This document shows, piece by piece, positions 1 to 9,525 of a stretch of DNA of 64,000 bases. The stretch is from positions 94,356-158,355 of the forward strand of contig JBBSXN010000003.1 in NCBI GenBank assembly GCA_038045765.1, written 5' to 3'. Position 1 is the first letter of the stretch, and each line of letters starts with the position of its first letter. The notes beneath the pieces were generated by a model, which was not told the DNA's origin, did not search any database, and was given only the letters and a program-made list of their open reading frames with translations. The DNA is from Nanobdellota archaeon (lineage in GTDB: Archaea; Nanobdellota; Nanobdellia; Pacearchaeales; GW2011-AR1). Made by a program: the position numbers and the translations under genes.

Positions 1-2
1 AT

Positions 3-509
3 ACTGCTAAGATTTTTTCTATAAAGATAGGCGCTACAGTATATTCGAAGAGTGAATTTGAAGCAGGTTTAGTTGATTCAAAAACAGTATTTAATCTTGA
101 GTTAATCAGAAATGGTATCATAAAACCTATTATTCTAGATAATAATTTAAAATTTCCTTTTTTTTCAGTATCTTATAGGAGAGAGCTTCATAAAAAATTA
201 TTACCTAATATGTTGCATAATTTAAAGAGGAATTTATCTTTCCAAGATAAATTGGATATGCATACTATTGCTAAGGAAATAGATACAATTATGAAGTTTA
301 TTTTAAGTATATATGATGGAAGGTTAGTTTCAGGCTACAAAGAAGTGCAAGCTGATTTTTATAATATCTTCATTGATTGTCCTAAAATACCTCATGTTTT
401 TGAACTGCTTGAAGGTTTTGATAAGGGAGAATATCATGATCGATGCTGGAAATTTATAGATTATTTAAATAAAAATATTATCTTGCATAATCTTTTAACA
501 AAGACTTAA
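3..509 (+). CDS. hypothetical protein, 5'-truncated by window edge
   Basis: The frame of tracked ORF 210..509 stays open back to nt 3 (read codon by codon, no stop), so the gene probably begins upstream of the window. No motif recognised. Confidence 0.4.
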   Translation, partial: TAKIFSIKIGATVYSKSEFEAGLVDSKTVFNLELIRNGIIKPIILDNNLKFPFFSVSYRRELHKKLLPNMLHNLKRNLSFQDKLDMHTIAKEIDTIMKFILSIYDGRLVSGYKEVQADFYNIFIDCPKIPHVFELLEGFDKGEYHDRCWKFIDYLNKNIILHNLLTKT

Positions 510-573
510 TCATAAAAAATTAAGATTAGGTAGCATTGTGGCTTGGAGAGGAGTATAAATCTTTCAGGAAAGA

Positions 574-581
574 TTTATAAA
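574..581 (+). promoter_or_regulatory. candidate archaeal TATA box for the rpl7ae operon
   Basis: TTTATAAA preceded by purine-rich GGAAAGA (BRE-like), 56 nt upstream of the rpl7ae ATG. GGAGG ribosome-binding site at 628-632. Confidence 0.35.
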
Positions 582-636
582 GCCATTTTTTAATTAAGAT
601 ATAAGCCGATGAAGGTTAACTAAACCAGGAGGTCTA

Positions 637-948
637 ATGGACTTCTACAGTATAATAGAAAAAGCAAGAAAAACAGGAAAAATTGATAAGGGAACGAATG
701 AAGTGACTAAAGCAGTTGAACTAGGTTCTGCTAAATTAGTTGTTTATGCTGCTGATGTTGAACCTAAAGAAATTGTTATGCACTTACCAGCAATATGCAA
801 GCAAAAGGGTATTCCTTGTCATGAAGTTGATTCTAAACAAAAATTAGGTATTTCTGCTGGAATAAAAGTTAGCTGTTCTGCTATTGCGGTTGTTAATGAA
901 GGCGATGCTAAACAGGAGATTGCTTCATTTAAAATGAAAGCACAGTAA
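637..948 (+). CDS. rpl7ae: 50S ribosomal protein L7Ae
   Basis: KGTNEVTKAVE..AKLVVYAADVEPKEIVMHLPAICKQKGIPC matches the L7Ae/L30e/S12e family core. Sits in the conserved archaeal L7Ae-S28e-L24e gene order. Confidence 0.92.
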   Translation: MDFYSIIEKARKTGKIDKGTNEVTKAVELGSAKLVVYAADVEPKEIVMHLPAICKQKGIPCHEVDSKQKLGISAGIKVSCSAIAVVNEGDAKQEIASFKMKAQ

Positions 949-954
949 TAAGTC

Positions 955-1284
955 ATGGCAAAACAACAGTATATTAAAGATAAAGCTGAAGGTGAGTCAA
1001 CTACATCAGGTAAGGGTAAAATTTCTAATGAACCTCCAGTTAATGGTTTGATTGAACAAATTCTTGGAAGAACTGGCGCTAGAGGAGAAGTTACACAAGT
1101 TAAAGTTAAAATTCTTGAAGGAAGAAATGAAGGAAGAAGTTTAAGAAGAAATGTTAAGGGAACTATAAGAGTAGGAGATTTGATTACAATGAGAGAAACT
1201 GAAATTGAAGCTAGAAGAATGAGAACAGCTACATCTGGATTTGCATCAAAGGATTCAAAACCAAGTTATGGGAGTAGCAGATAA
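955..1284 (+). CDS. rps28e: 30S ribosomal protein S28e (with N- and C-terminal extensions)
   Basis: [48 protein letters not shown] is the S28e core. At 109 aa it is longer than the typical roughly 70 aa. Confidence 0.9.
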   Translation: MAKQQYIKDKAEGESTTSGKGKISNEPPVNGLIEQILGRTGARGEVTQVKVKILEGRNEGRSLRRNVKGTIRVGDLITMRETEIEARRMRTATSGFASKDSKPSYGSSR

Positions 1285-1562
1285 TGGTTAAATGCGTATT
1301 TTGTGGAAAAGAAGAAAGAGAATTTAGAGGACTTCACTTATTAAAGAATGATGGTACAATTGCTTATTTCTGCACTCATAAGTGTAGAATGAATGCTTTG
1401 AAATTACATAGAGATAAAAGAAAAGTTAAATGGACTGAATCTTTTAGAATTGTAAGAAAAGAAGTTGAAGATAAAAGAAAAGATGCTGTAAAGAAAGCTG
1501 AAGATAAAGCTGCTGGAATAGTTACTGAAAAAGTAGTTGAGAAGAAAGGAAAGAAGAAGTAA
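1284..1562 (+). CDS. rpl24e: 50S ribosomal protein L24e
   Basis: N-terminal zinc ribbon CVFCGKE..YFCTHKCRMN plus a lysine-rich tail. The start overlaps the rps28e stop (TAATG). Confidence 0.9.
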   Translation: MVKCVFCGKEEREFRGLHLLKNDGTIAYFCTHKCRMNALKLHRDKRKVKWTESFRIVRKEVEDKRKDAVKKAEDKAAGIVTEKVVEKKGKKK

Positions 1563-1573
1563 TATTTTTTACA

Positions 1574-1855
1574 ATGTCCAACTTATTATATGATTTTGTT
1601 GTTGCTGAATTTGGTGAAGTCAAAAGTGAAAATGATTTTTTATATGATGGTGACTTCGGAGTTGAAGATGTTAATGATGTTAATTTAAAAAGAGGTTATA
1701 GATTAATTTATTTTGATACAGATAATATGGGTAAATCTTTTAATCGTTTAGAAAGTCAACAGAATGCTTTTGAAGAAAGGGGAAGAATTATAAGAAAATC
1801 TATGACTGATCTTACTCAGGGTTTGCATGCTTTTTATTGGGAAACTAGAGATTAA
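1574..1855 (+). CDS. hypothetical protein
   Basis: 93-aa ORF co-directional with the ribosomal operon. No motif recognised. Confidence 0.4.
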   Translation: MSNLLYDFVVAEFGEVKSENDFLYDGDFGVEDVNDVNLKRGYRLIYFDTDNMGKSFNRLESQQNAFEERGRIIRKSMTDLTQGLHAFYWETRD

Positions 1856-1947
1856 TCTCATCATTTGCCGTCGGTAAATTACATATTTACGAGGTAAAGG
1901 TTTATAAAGAGTATATGACTTTGGGTTTTGAAAAGGGGATTTTCTAA

Positions 1948-3843
1948 ATGGCTGAAAACGAAAAGAAAAAATACGATTCTGAAAATATAAAAGTACTTGA
2001 AGGGCTTGAAGCGGTACGTATGCGTCCAGCGATGTATATCGGAAGTACAAGCAAGACTGGACTACATCATTTGGTATGGGAAGTCGTTGATAACTCTGTT
2101 GACGAGGCTATGGGAGGCCATGCAGATACTATTCATGTTACTTTGAACAAGAATGGGAGTGTTACAGTAAGTGATAATGGAAGAGGAATACCTACTGAAA
2201 ATCATCCAACTTATAAGAGACCTGCTTTAGAAATAGTAGTTACAAAACTTCATGCGGGTGGTAAGTTCGATAAAGGAAGTTATGCTGTTTCTGGAGGATT
2301 GCACGGTGTTGGTATAAGTGTTGTTGCTGCTCTTTCTAAACAAATGAAAGTTGTTGTAAGAAGAGGAGGAAAGATTTATCAGCAAGAGTACAAGATTGGA
2401 AAACCAAGTTACGATATGAAAATAACTGGTGATTGTGAAAAGGGAGATACTGGAACAGAAGTTACTTTTATGCCTGACGATACAATATTTTCAACTGTTA
2501 GATTTGAGTTTTCAACTTTAGAATCAAGATTTAGAGAGATTGCTTTCTTAAATAAAGGTTTGAAGATTATTCTTAAAGATGAGAATAATGATAAAAAAGA
2601 AACTTTCCACTATGAGGGTGGATTGATAGAATTTGTTAAATGGATAAATACTGGAAAAGAAGAATTGCATAAACCAGTTTATTTTGTGAAAGAAGAAGAG
2701 AAGGTAATTGTGGAAATAGCTGTGCAGTATAATGATAGTTATCAAGAAAATGTACTTAGTTTTGTAAATACAATCAATACAGTTGAAGGTGGAACTCACG
2801 TAGTTGGATTTAAGACTGCTTTGACTAGAGCAATTAATGATTACGCAAATAAAAATAAGATGCTTAAAGATGGTAACTTAACCGGAGATGACGTTAGAGA
2901 AGGGTTAACTGCTATTGTTTCTGTTAAAGTTCCGGAGCCTCAGTTCGAAGGTCAGACTAAAACAAAGTTAGGAAATTCAGAGGTTAAAGGAATTGTAGAT
3001 AGTGTGTGTATGAAATATTTGACTGAAATATTTGAAGAAAATCCTACAATTGCTAAGAGAGTTCTCACTAAGTGTGTTGATGCGCAAAAAGCAAGAAATG
3101 CTGCTAAAAAAGCAAAAGACTTAGTTAGAAGAAAGAGCGCATTTGGTGGAGGAGGATTACCTGGTAAATTAGCTGATTGTTCTAAGAAGAAATCTGAAGA
3201 GACTGAATTATATATCGTAGAGGGAGATTCTGCTGGTGGTTCAGCTAAGCAAGGAAGAAATAAAGATTTCCAAGCGATATTGCCTTTGAAGGGTAAACCA
3301 TTGAACGTTGAAAAGGCAAACCCTATAAAGGTTTTTGGAAATGAAGAAATTTCCAATTTGATAACTGCTATTGGTACAGGTATTGGAGAGCAGTTCGATC
3401 CTGAAAAGTTAAGATATAGTAAAATAATTATAATGACTGATGCGGACGTTGATGGAGCACACATAAAGACTTTGCTTTTGACCTTCTTCTTTAGATTCAT
3501 GAAGCAATTAATTGAAAAGGGAAATATCTATATTGCAGTTTCACCTTTGTTCAAGATAAGAAAGAAGAGCGATCATTATGTTTATACTGAAGATGAAATG
3601 AAGAAAATTGTTGCTAAACTTGGAGGAAATGTTGTTGTTCAGAGATTCAAAGGTCTTGGAGAGATGAACCCTGAACAGCTTTGGGAGACTACAATGAATC
3701 CTAAGACTAGATTATTAAGAAAAGTTACAATTGTTGATGCAGTTGCTGCAGATCAGGTATTTACTAAATTAATGGGAGATGAAGTTGAACCTAGAAGATT
3801 ATTCATAGCAGAGAGAGCAAAGGAGGCTGAGATAGATATTTAA
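1948..3843 (+). CDS. gyrB: DNA gyrase subunit B
   Basis: LEGLEAVRMRPAMYIGST, HHLVWEVVDNSVDEA (GHKL ATPase), GGLHGVG, EGDSAGG, PLKGK, IMTDADVDGAHI (TOPRIM). Confidence 0.97.
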   Translation: MAENEKKKYDSENIKVLEGLEAVRMRPAMYIGSTSKTGLHHLVWEVVDNSVDEAMGGHADTIHVTLNKNGSVTVSDNGRGIPTENHPTYKRPALEIVVTKLHAGGKFDKGSYAVSGGLHGVGISVVAALSKQMKVVVRRGGKIYQQEYKIGKPSYDMKITGDCEKGDTGTEVTFMPDDTIFSTVRFEFSTLESRFREIAFLNKGLKIILKDENNDKKETFHYEGGLIEFVKWINTGKEELHKPVYFVKEEEKVIVEIAVQYNDSYQENVLSFVNTINTVEGGTHVVGFKTALTRAINDYANKNKMLKDGNLTGDDVREGLTAIVSVKVPEPQFEGQTKTKLGNSEVKGIVDSVCMKYLTEIFEENPTIAKRVLTKCVDAQKARNAAKKAKDLVRRKSAFGGGGLPGKLADCSKKKSEETELYIVEGDSAGGSAKQGRNKDFQAILPLKGKPLNVEKANPIKVFGNEEISNLITAIGTGIGEQFDPEKLRYSKIIIMTDADVDGAHIKTLLLTFFFRFMKQLIEKGNIYIAVSPLFKIRKKSDHYVYTEDEMKKIVAKLGGNVVVQRFKGLGEMNPEQLWETTMNPKTRLLRKVTIVDAVAADQVFTKLMGDEVEPRRLFIAERAKEAEIDI

Positions 3844-3844
3844 A

Positions 3845-4183
3845 ATGGAAATGGAAGAAGGACAATGCATATATGAATTAGTGTTAGATGATGAGCAAAT
3901 AGATTCTCTCATTATTGCTCTAAATGATTTTAAGAGAAGTAAGAATGAATTTGAGTTTGAAGTTAGTGATGATACTTCAATTCCATTTTATCATGTAGAC
4001 TCTCAGCCTAAAGATGAGGAAGATGATAAAGATGACAAAGAGCCTGATGCAGGGGATGACGATGATGAAGGAGATTGGATCGATAATAAAAATGTTGTTG
4101 CAAGTAAGTTTCCTGATGAAGATAATGATGAGAAAGATGACGATGAAGGTAATGATGATGAGGAAGAGGAGGTAGTAGGATGA
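3845..4183 (+). CDS. highly acidic small protein between gyrB and gyrA
   Basis: 112-aa ORF starting 1 nt after the gyrB stop. Its TGA overlaps the gyrA ATG (ATGA). The C-terminal half is dominated by D/E ([40 protein letters not shown]). Confidence 0.6.
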   Translation: MEMEEGQCIYELVLDDEQIDSLIIALNDFKRSKNEFEFEVSDDTSIPFYHVDSQPKDEEDDKDDKEPDAGDDDDEGDWIDNKNVVASKFPDEDNDEKDDDEGNDDEEEEVVG

Positions 4184-6717
4184 GTGAGAGTGAAGATAAA
4201 ATTGAAAAAGAAATAATGGAAGAAGAGAGTAAGAGAAGAGAGAAAGAGCAAGTTGGAGATGAGAAAGGTGTTGGAGCTGCTGAGATTGTTGAAGAGATGG
4301 AGCAAGCTTATATTGACTATGCGATGTCAGTTATTGTTCAGAGAGCCTTGCCTAGTGTTGAAGATGGATTGAAACCAGTACATAGAAGAATTTTATATGC
4401 AATGAATAATCTTGGTCTTGATGCAAGCAAGCAGACAATGAAATCTGCAAGAATTGTTGGAGAGACAATGGGTAAGTATCACCCTCATGGAAACATTGCT
4501 GTTTATGATACTATGGTTAGACTTGCTCAGGATTTCTCTTTAAGATATCCATTAGTTCATGGACAAGGAAACTTTGGTTCAATGGATGGAGACTCTGCAG
4601 CAGCTGACAGATATACTGAAGCTAAATTGAGTAAAATTGCTGAAGAAATGTTAGGAGATATAGAAAAAGATACTGTAAAGATGGTTCCTAACTTTGATAG
4701 TTCGCTTGAAGAGCCTGAAACTTTACCTGCTAAATTGCCTAATCTTTTGATTAATGGAGCGACAGGTATTGCTGTTGGAATGGCTACTAATATTCCTCCT
4801 CACAACTTAACTGAAGTTTGTGAAGCTATTGTAGGTTACATAAATAAACCTGAAATTAAAGTTGAAGATTTAGCAGAAATTGTTAGAGGTCCTGATTTCC
4901 CTACTGGAGGAATTATCAATTCGCAAGGAATTGATGAATTGTATAAGACTGGGAAAGGAAGAGTAATAATTAGAGCGAGAACGACAATTGAAGAAGATAA
5001 GAAAGAAAAATCAAGTATTATTGTGACTGAAATTCCTTATATGGTTAATAAGTCTGATTTGATAAAGAAAATTGCTGAGCTTGCAAATGAGAAAAAACTT
5101 CCTGATGTGAGCGATTTAAGAGATGAATCTGCTAAAGGAAAAGTAAGAATAGTTATTGAAATGAAAAAGGGAGCAGATCCTAAGTTTACATTGAATAAGT
5201 TGTATAAACTTACTAATTTACAAGTTAATTTTGATGCAAACTTACTTGCCTTAGTTGGTAAACAACCTAGAGTTTTGAATTTAAAAGAGATTATAGTTGA
5301 ATATGTTAAATACAGACAAAAAGTTATTAGAGCAAGAAGCCAGTTTGATTTGAAAAAAGCAGAAGACAGATTAGAGATTGTTAATGGTCTTTTGACTGCT
5401 TTAAAGAGTATAGATAGAATTGTTGAATTTATTAAAAAATCTGGAAATGTTCAAGATGCGCACGATGGTTTGATGAAGAAGTTTGAATTAACTACAAGAC
5501 AGGCTAAAGCTGTTTTAGAAATGAGATTACAACAGCTTACTAAATTAGAAGATGGTAAGTTGAAAGATGAAGAAGATAAGTTAAATAATGAGATAAAAAG
5601 TTTAAGAAAACTTCTTGGAAATGAACAAGAAATTTTGGGAGTTATAAAATCTGATGTACAAGAATTAAAGAGAAAGTATGGTGATGAGAGGAGAACTAAA
5701 ATCATTAAATCAATTGCTGAAATTTCTGAAACTGATATGGTTGAGAAGAAAGATGTTATTGTTATGTTAACTGAAGGAGGTTACATAAAGAGAGTAGATA
5801 TGAAAGTGTATAAAGAACAGAGAAGGGGCGGTTCTGGAGTTAGTGGAGGAGAATTGAAGGATGAAGACTTCGTAAGAAAGATGGTAACTTGTTCCACTCA
5901 TGACTTCTTATTGTTCTTCACTTCTAGAGGAAGAGTTTACTGGCTTAAAGCTAATGATGTTCCGGCAAGTGAAAGACAGAGTAAAGGAAAGGCAATTGTT
6001 AATGTATTAAGTTTGAGAGATGAGAAGATAACTAATATTATTCCATTGAAGCATTTTGAAAATGGGTATTTGATGTTTGCTACTAAACTTGGCTTTGTTA
6101 AAAGATTAGCTTTGAAAGATTTGAGCAAGCCTAGAAATACTGGAGTTAGAGCAATTAACCTTCCTGCTGATGGAAGTGATGAATTGATTAATGTTAGGCT
6201 TGTTGAAGATAAACAAGAAGTCTTATTGATTACAAAGAAAGGACAAGCAATAAGATTCGATGGAGATGAAGTCAGAGCAATGAGTAGGGCAAGTTACGGC
6301 GTTCATGGCATTGATTTAGGAAAGAGTGACGAAGTTGTTGCACTTGAAGCATTGCCTTTAGATGGAAAGACAACTATTTTGACTGTTACAAATAAAGGAT
6401 TTGGAAAGAGAACAGATTTAGAAGAATATAGAAAAACTGCAAGAGCAGGTAAGGGAGTTATTAATTTGGCGGTTTCTGATAAATCTGGAGAAGTTGTTGG
6501 TAGTTTAAGCATACATGATAAAGATTCAGTTATAATTACAACAACTAAAGGAATGGTATTAAGAATAAGTATGAAAGATTTGAGAGTTATGGGTAGAGCA
6601 ACACAAGGTGTGCATGTAGTAAATCTTAAACAAATTGGAGATAGAGTTGCTGATGTAGTTAAAGTTCCCAGAGATGATGAAATTCTTAAAGAAGCTGAAT
6701 TAGAAGATAAGAAGTAA
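4180..6717 (+). CDS. gyrA: DNA gyrase subunit A
   Basis: [33 protein letters not shown], the active-site Tyr context [11 protein letters not shown], and the GyrA-box-like [10 protein letters not shown] in the C-terminal domain. Has a charged N-terminal extension of about 40 aa. Confidence 0.97.
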   Translation: MSESEDKIEKEIMEEESKRREKEQVGDEKGVGAAEIVEEMEQAYIDYAMSVIVQRALPSVEDGLKPVHRRILYAMNNLGLDASKQTMKSARIVGETMGKYHPHGNIAVYDTMVRLAQDFSLRYPLVHGQGNFGSMDGDSAAADRYTEAKLSKIAEEMLGDIEKDTVKMVPNFDSSLEEPETLPAKLPNLLINGATGIAVGMATNIPPHNLTEVCEAIVGYINKPEIKVEDLAEIVRGPDFPTGGIINSQGIDELYKTGKGRVIIRARTTIEEDKKEKSSIIVTEIPYMVNKSDLIKKIAELANEKKLPDVSDLRDESAKGKVRIVIEMKKGADPKFTLNKLYKLTNLQVNFDANLLALVGKQPRVLNLKEIIVEYVKYRQKVIRARSQFDLKKAEDRLEIVNGLLTALKSIDRIVEFIKKSGNVQDAHDGLMKKFELTTRQAKAVLEMRLQQLTKLEDGKLKDEEDKLNNEIKSLRKLLGNEQEILGVIKSDVQELKRKYGDERRTKIIKSIAEISETDMVEKKDVIVMLTEGGYIKRVDMKVYKEQRRGGSGVSGGELKDEDFVRKMVTCSTHDFLLFFTSRGRVYWLKANDVPASERQSKGKAIVNVLSLRDEKITNIIPLKHFENGYLMFATKLGFVKRLALKDLSKPRNTGVRAINLPADGSDELINVRLVEDKQEVLLITKKGQAIRFDGDEVRAMSRASYGVHGIDLGKSDEVVALEALPLDGKTTILTVTNKGFGKRTDLEEYRKTARAGKGVINLAVSDKSGEVVGSLSIHDKDSVIITTTKGMVLRISMKDLRVMGRATQGVHVVNLKQIGDRVADVVKVPRDDEILKEAELEDKK

Positions 6718-6718
6718 A

Positions 6719-6988
6719 TTAATAGATTTTATCGTGATGATCAAAGTCTGAGAATAGAATAAGATCATTAACTTTGTCAAACTTAAAGATTAGGACAAAA
6801 TGTCCTACATGTACTCTTTTAAAATCGCTTAAATCATATCTAAGATTCTTATAATGCTCAATATTATGGCTATTTCTAATTTCATCCATTTTATTAAGAA
6901 GATTCTCGAAAAGCTTTTTATCTTTTTTTTGAAGTTTTATTAAAATTCTATCAAACTCTTTACTAGTTTTAAATTGTCTTGGCAGCAT
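6719..6988 (-). CDS. RelE/ParE-family type II toxin
   Basis: YKNLRYDLSDFKRVHVGHFVLIFKFD..DFDHHDKIY is a typical RelE/StbE-like C-terminus. Paralog of 54751..55023. Confidence 0.75.
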   Translation of the reverse strand: MLPRQFKTSKEFDRILIKLQKKDKKLFENLLNKMDEIRNSHNIEHYKNLRYDLSDFKRVHVGHFVLIFKFDKVNDLILFSDFDHHDKIY

Positions 6989-6989
6989 A

Positions 6990-7250
6990 TTAATTTTTTT
7001 CTATCTTCTTTCTTAGTTGTTCGATAGAATTGAAAGTTTCACCATATCCTTCATTCTCTATTTTCTTCAATTTTACTAGATATTCGGGTCTTAATTCAGG
7101 TTCTAGAATATTGCCACCATATTCGATAACGATTTTAGCGATTGCTTCGCTTTTAGTCTTTAAATTATATCTTGCCTTAATTATATTCAGAATTTGATTA
7201 GCTTCTTCTGGAATTTGAATCATTGCTTGTATATTCTTGTTATTGTTCAT
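6990..7250 (-). CDS. cognate antitoxin (DUF2683/RelB-like)
   Basis: ANQILNIIKARYNLKTKSEAIAKIV resembles archaeal RelB-type antitoxins. Lies 1 nt upstream of the toxin. Paralog of 54482..54751. Confidence 0.65.
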   Translation of the reverse strand: MNNNKNIQAMIQIPEEANQILNIIKARYNLKTKSEAIAKIVIEYGGNILEPELRPEYLVKLKKIENEGYGETFNSIEQLRKKIEKN

Positions 7251-7289
7251 ATATATCTTATATATGTGAAGTATATAAAACCTGCTTTT

Positions 7290-8183
7290 TTAATTTATAT
7301 AAGTCAACCAGTGTTCATATTCTTTGACTTTTCCGTGAACTATATCTGAATATTTTTCTTTTAGATAAGTTGTTACTTCACCTTGTTTTGACTTGAAAGG
7401 TTTTCCATCTATTGATGCTATAGGAGTTACTTCTGCTGCTGTTCCCGCATAGAAAGCTTCATCGTATTCTTGGATGTCTTTTGGATTGATATTTATCTCT
7501 CTTACATGATATCCATCTTTCTTAGCTATTTGAATTAAAGAATCTCTTGTGATGCCTGGAAGAATATTATTTCTTGGAGGAGTTACTAGTAAATCGTGCT
7601 TGATTAGGAAAATGTTCGCCCCTGGGCCTTCTGCTAGGTTCCCTTCATAATCTAAAAGTAAAGCTTCGTCAAATCCTGCATGTTTTGCATCTATGCTTGC
7701 ATTTATTGAATTTACATAGTGTCCTGAGATTTTAGCATGATTGTTTAGAGATTTTGGGTGTATTCTTATGTATTGGGAGATTTTAATTTTAATAGGATCT
7801 AATCCTAGATAAGGAGGCATTGCCCAGGCAGCTATTGCTACATTTATATTTGCACCAATAGGATTTAGAACCATTCTTCCTGAACCGTAGAAAACCAGAG
7901 GTCTTATGTATCCTTTTTTCAAGCCAGTTGCTCTTACTGTTTCAACTATCGCATTAAATATTTCTTCTTCAGAATAAGGCATTTTCATATGCAATGCTTT
8001 AGCTGAATAGAATAATCTATCAACATGTTCTTTGAGTCTGAATATTGCAGGGCCTTTTTCTGTTTGATAGAATCTTATTCCTTCAAAAACTGCAGACCCA
8101 TAGTGAAGAGCATGAGTTAGAAAAGGTATTTTTGCTTCAGACTCAGGTATTAATTTTCCATCAAGCCAGATTGTGTTTTGCAT
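7290..8183 (-). CDS. ilvE: branched-chain amino acid aminotransferase
   Basis: IWLDGKLIPESEAKIPFLTHALHYGSAVFEGIR, EGPGANIF and GITRDS are class IV aminotransferase hallmarks. Confidence 0.9.
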   Translation of the reverse strand: MQNTIWLDGKLIPESEAKIPFLTHALHYGSAVFEGIRFYQTEKGPAIFRLKEHVDRLFYSAKALHMKMPYSEEEIFNAIVETVRATGLKKGYIRPLVFYGSGRMVLNPIGANINVAIAAWAMPPYLGLDPIKIKISQYIRIHPKSLNNHAKISGHYVNSINASIDAKHAGFDEALLLDYEGNLAEGPGANIFLIKHDLLVTPPRNNILPGITRDSLIQIAKKDGYHVREININPKDIQEYDEAFYAGTAAEVTPIASIDGKPFKSKQGEVTTYLKEKYSDIVHGKVKEYEHWLTYIN

Positions 8184-8217
8184 GTTATTTAGATAAATCA
8201 GTAGTTAATAAGTTTTA

Positions 8218-8643
8218 TTATGATTGTTTAAGCCAATCAGCTATATCTTTAGGTTCAATAGTCCTTTTATGAAAAAACTTTATTCCAATTCCTTCTACTG
8301 AGCTTTTTAATGAATCATCTGATGACAGTATTGCAATTTTTGCATTTCTATCTAAAGTTCTAACCCTATCTACTGCTAGAAAGGCATTTAATTCTACCCT
8401 TCCTCCTAATTTTTCAGGAAAGTTACCATCAAATAAGTATGCTTGTGCTATTTTACCTTCTGCTAAGTATTTTTCTAAATCTGATAAATTGCCTCCTTGG
8501 GCAATATTATTTATCCCTTGTCTTCTTAATTGATCTGTAATTGCTGCACGCATAGGTAAGCTATCTTCCAGGTAATAAAGAGGGTGAGAATAATTTTCCA
8601 TTGTTTTATTTATTAAGTTTTCTTTGTGCTTCTCTTGCTGCAT
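8218..8643 (-). CDS. CheY-like receiver domain protein (divergent, orphan)
   Basis: Receiver-like pattern: YYLEDS (acidic pocket), AYLFDGNFPE (phospho-acceptor Asp position), AILSSDD (Thr/Ser position), FFHKR (Lys position). No kinase gene nearby. Confidence 0.5.
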   Translation of the reverse strand: MQQEKHKENLINKTMENYSHPLYYLEDSLPMRAAITDQLRRQGINNIAQGGNLSDLEKYLAEGKIAQAYLFDGNFPEKLGGRVELNAFLAVDRVRTLDRNAKIAILSSDDSLKSSVEGIGIKFFHKRTIEPKDIADWLKQS

Positions 8644-9004
8644 CTCTTGGATCTTTATATGCTTCGCTCAAATCTATAACTATAACTCCTCTTCCATTTT
8701 CACTTAGCAACTTAGCAAGTCCGTTCATTTTCTCTTGAGGAATTTTACCAAGACCTAAGAATAACCGCTTAAGGCTAGAACATAAATAATGCCTTTCTAC
8801 TAAACCGCTTCCCAAGATATTATTATCTCCACGATTATGATATGCTGTATGGAATATATCATAAACTAAAGCATTTTCCTCATTAACTCCTAAAACTGGA
8901 CCAGATTCTTCGTCTTTTCTTGTAGGTAAATTACAAGTCACTAAATAATAAGCAGGACTTTTAGGTAGTGTAAATCCAGGTTGCCAGTAACCATTATTAG
9001 ACAT
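8606..9004 (-). CDS. hypothetical protein
   Basis: 132-aa ORF overlapping the downstream receiver gene by 38 nt. No motif recognised. Confidence 0.4.
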   Translation of the reverse strand: MSNNGYWQPGFTLPKSPAYYLVTCNLPTRKDEESGPVLGVNEENALVYDIFHTAYHNRGDNNILGSGLVERHYLCSSLKRLFLGLGKIPQEKMNGLAKLLSENGRGVIVIDLSEAYKDPRDAAREAQRKLNK

Positions 9005-9006
9005 AA

Positions 9007-9420
9007 TTAGTATCTCCAGTTATAGCTTCCTTGATAAGTGTCAAATCTTGGTTTGTAGTAATAATCGTCAGGATAGTTTGCTTGGCCGTCATTATACCAG
9101 TTTAATACTGGATAATAATATGTTGGTTGGTTTCTGAAGTTGCTTGAACCTGTGTATGGATAGAAGTTAGGACTATTGTATCTAGTAGTTGGATAGTATT
9201 GAGGCAAGAAGTTGTTTACTCTTGATGTTTCAGTTATCTTTGTTGTCTTTCTTTCTGTGCCGTATGGGTGATGAATAACTTCAGTCTTTGATCTTTCAAC
9301 TGAGACAGTTTCTCTTGAGTTCCCATAAGTGTAATCTGGGTAATAGTATGCAGAGGCCATGCTTATTAGGAATAGTGATAAAACAAGTGCGCTAAACAAC
9401 TTAAATAGCATTTTAGTCAT
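9007..9420 (-). CDS. secreted Tyr/Asn/Pro-rich low-complexity protein
   Basis: N-terminal signal or anchor LFSALVLSLFLISMASA followed by repeated YYYP / NFYPY / YYYK segments. Confidence 0.5.
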   Translation of the reverse strand: MTKMLFKLFSALVLSLFLISMASAYYYPDYTYGNSRETVSVERSKTEVIHHPYGTERKTTKITETSRVNNFLPQYYPTTRYNSPNFYPYTGSSNFRNQPTYYYPVLNWYNDGQANYPDDYYYKPRFDTYQGSYNWRY

Positions 9421-9525
9421 AATTCTTAAGGGACAACAGAGTATTTAAATTTTATCTATACTCTGTTGATGAAGTATATTATCTATTACAGATTAGCTTT
9501 TAAATGCTGATTATTGTTTTAAACA

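Noticed and set aside
1748-6512. Antisense ORFs inside and around gyrB, the acidic ORF and gyrA (1748..2050, 2548..2799, 2952..3500, 4003..4305, 5451..5705, 5937..6128, 6303..6512).
   Set aside because: They lie opposite strongly supported gyrase coding sequence. Their translations are low-complexity (Ser/Leu/Phe/Ile-rich), which is typical of the reverse frame of AT-rich genes.
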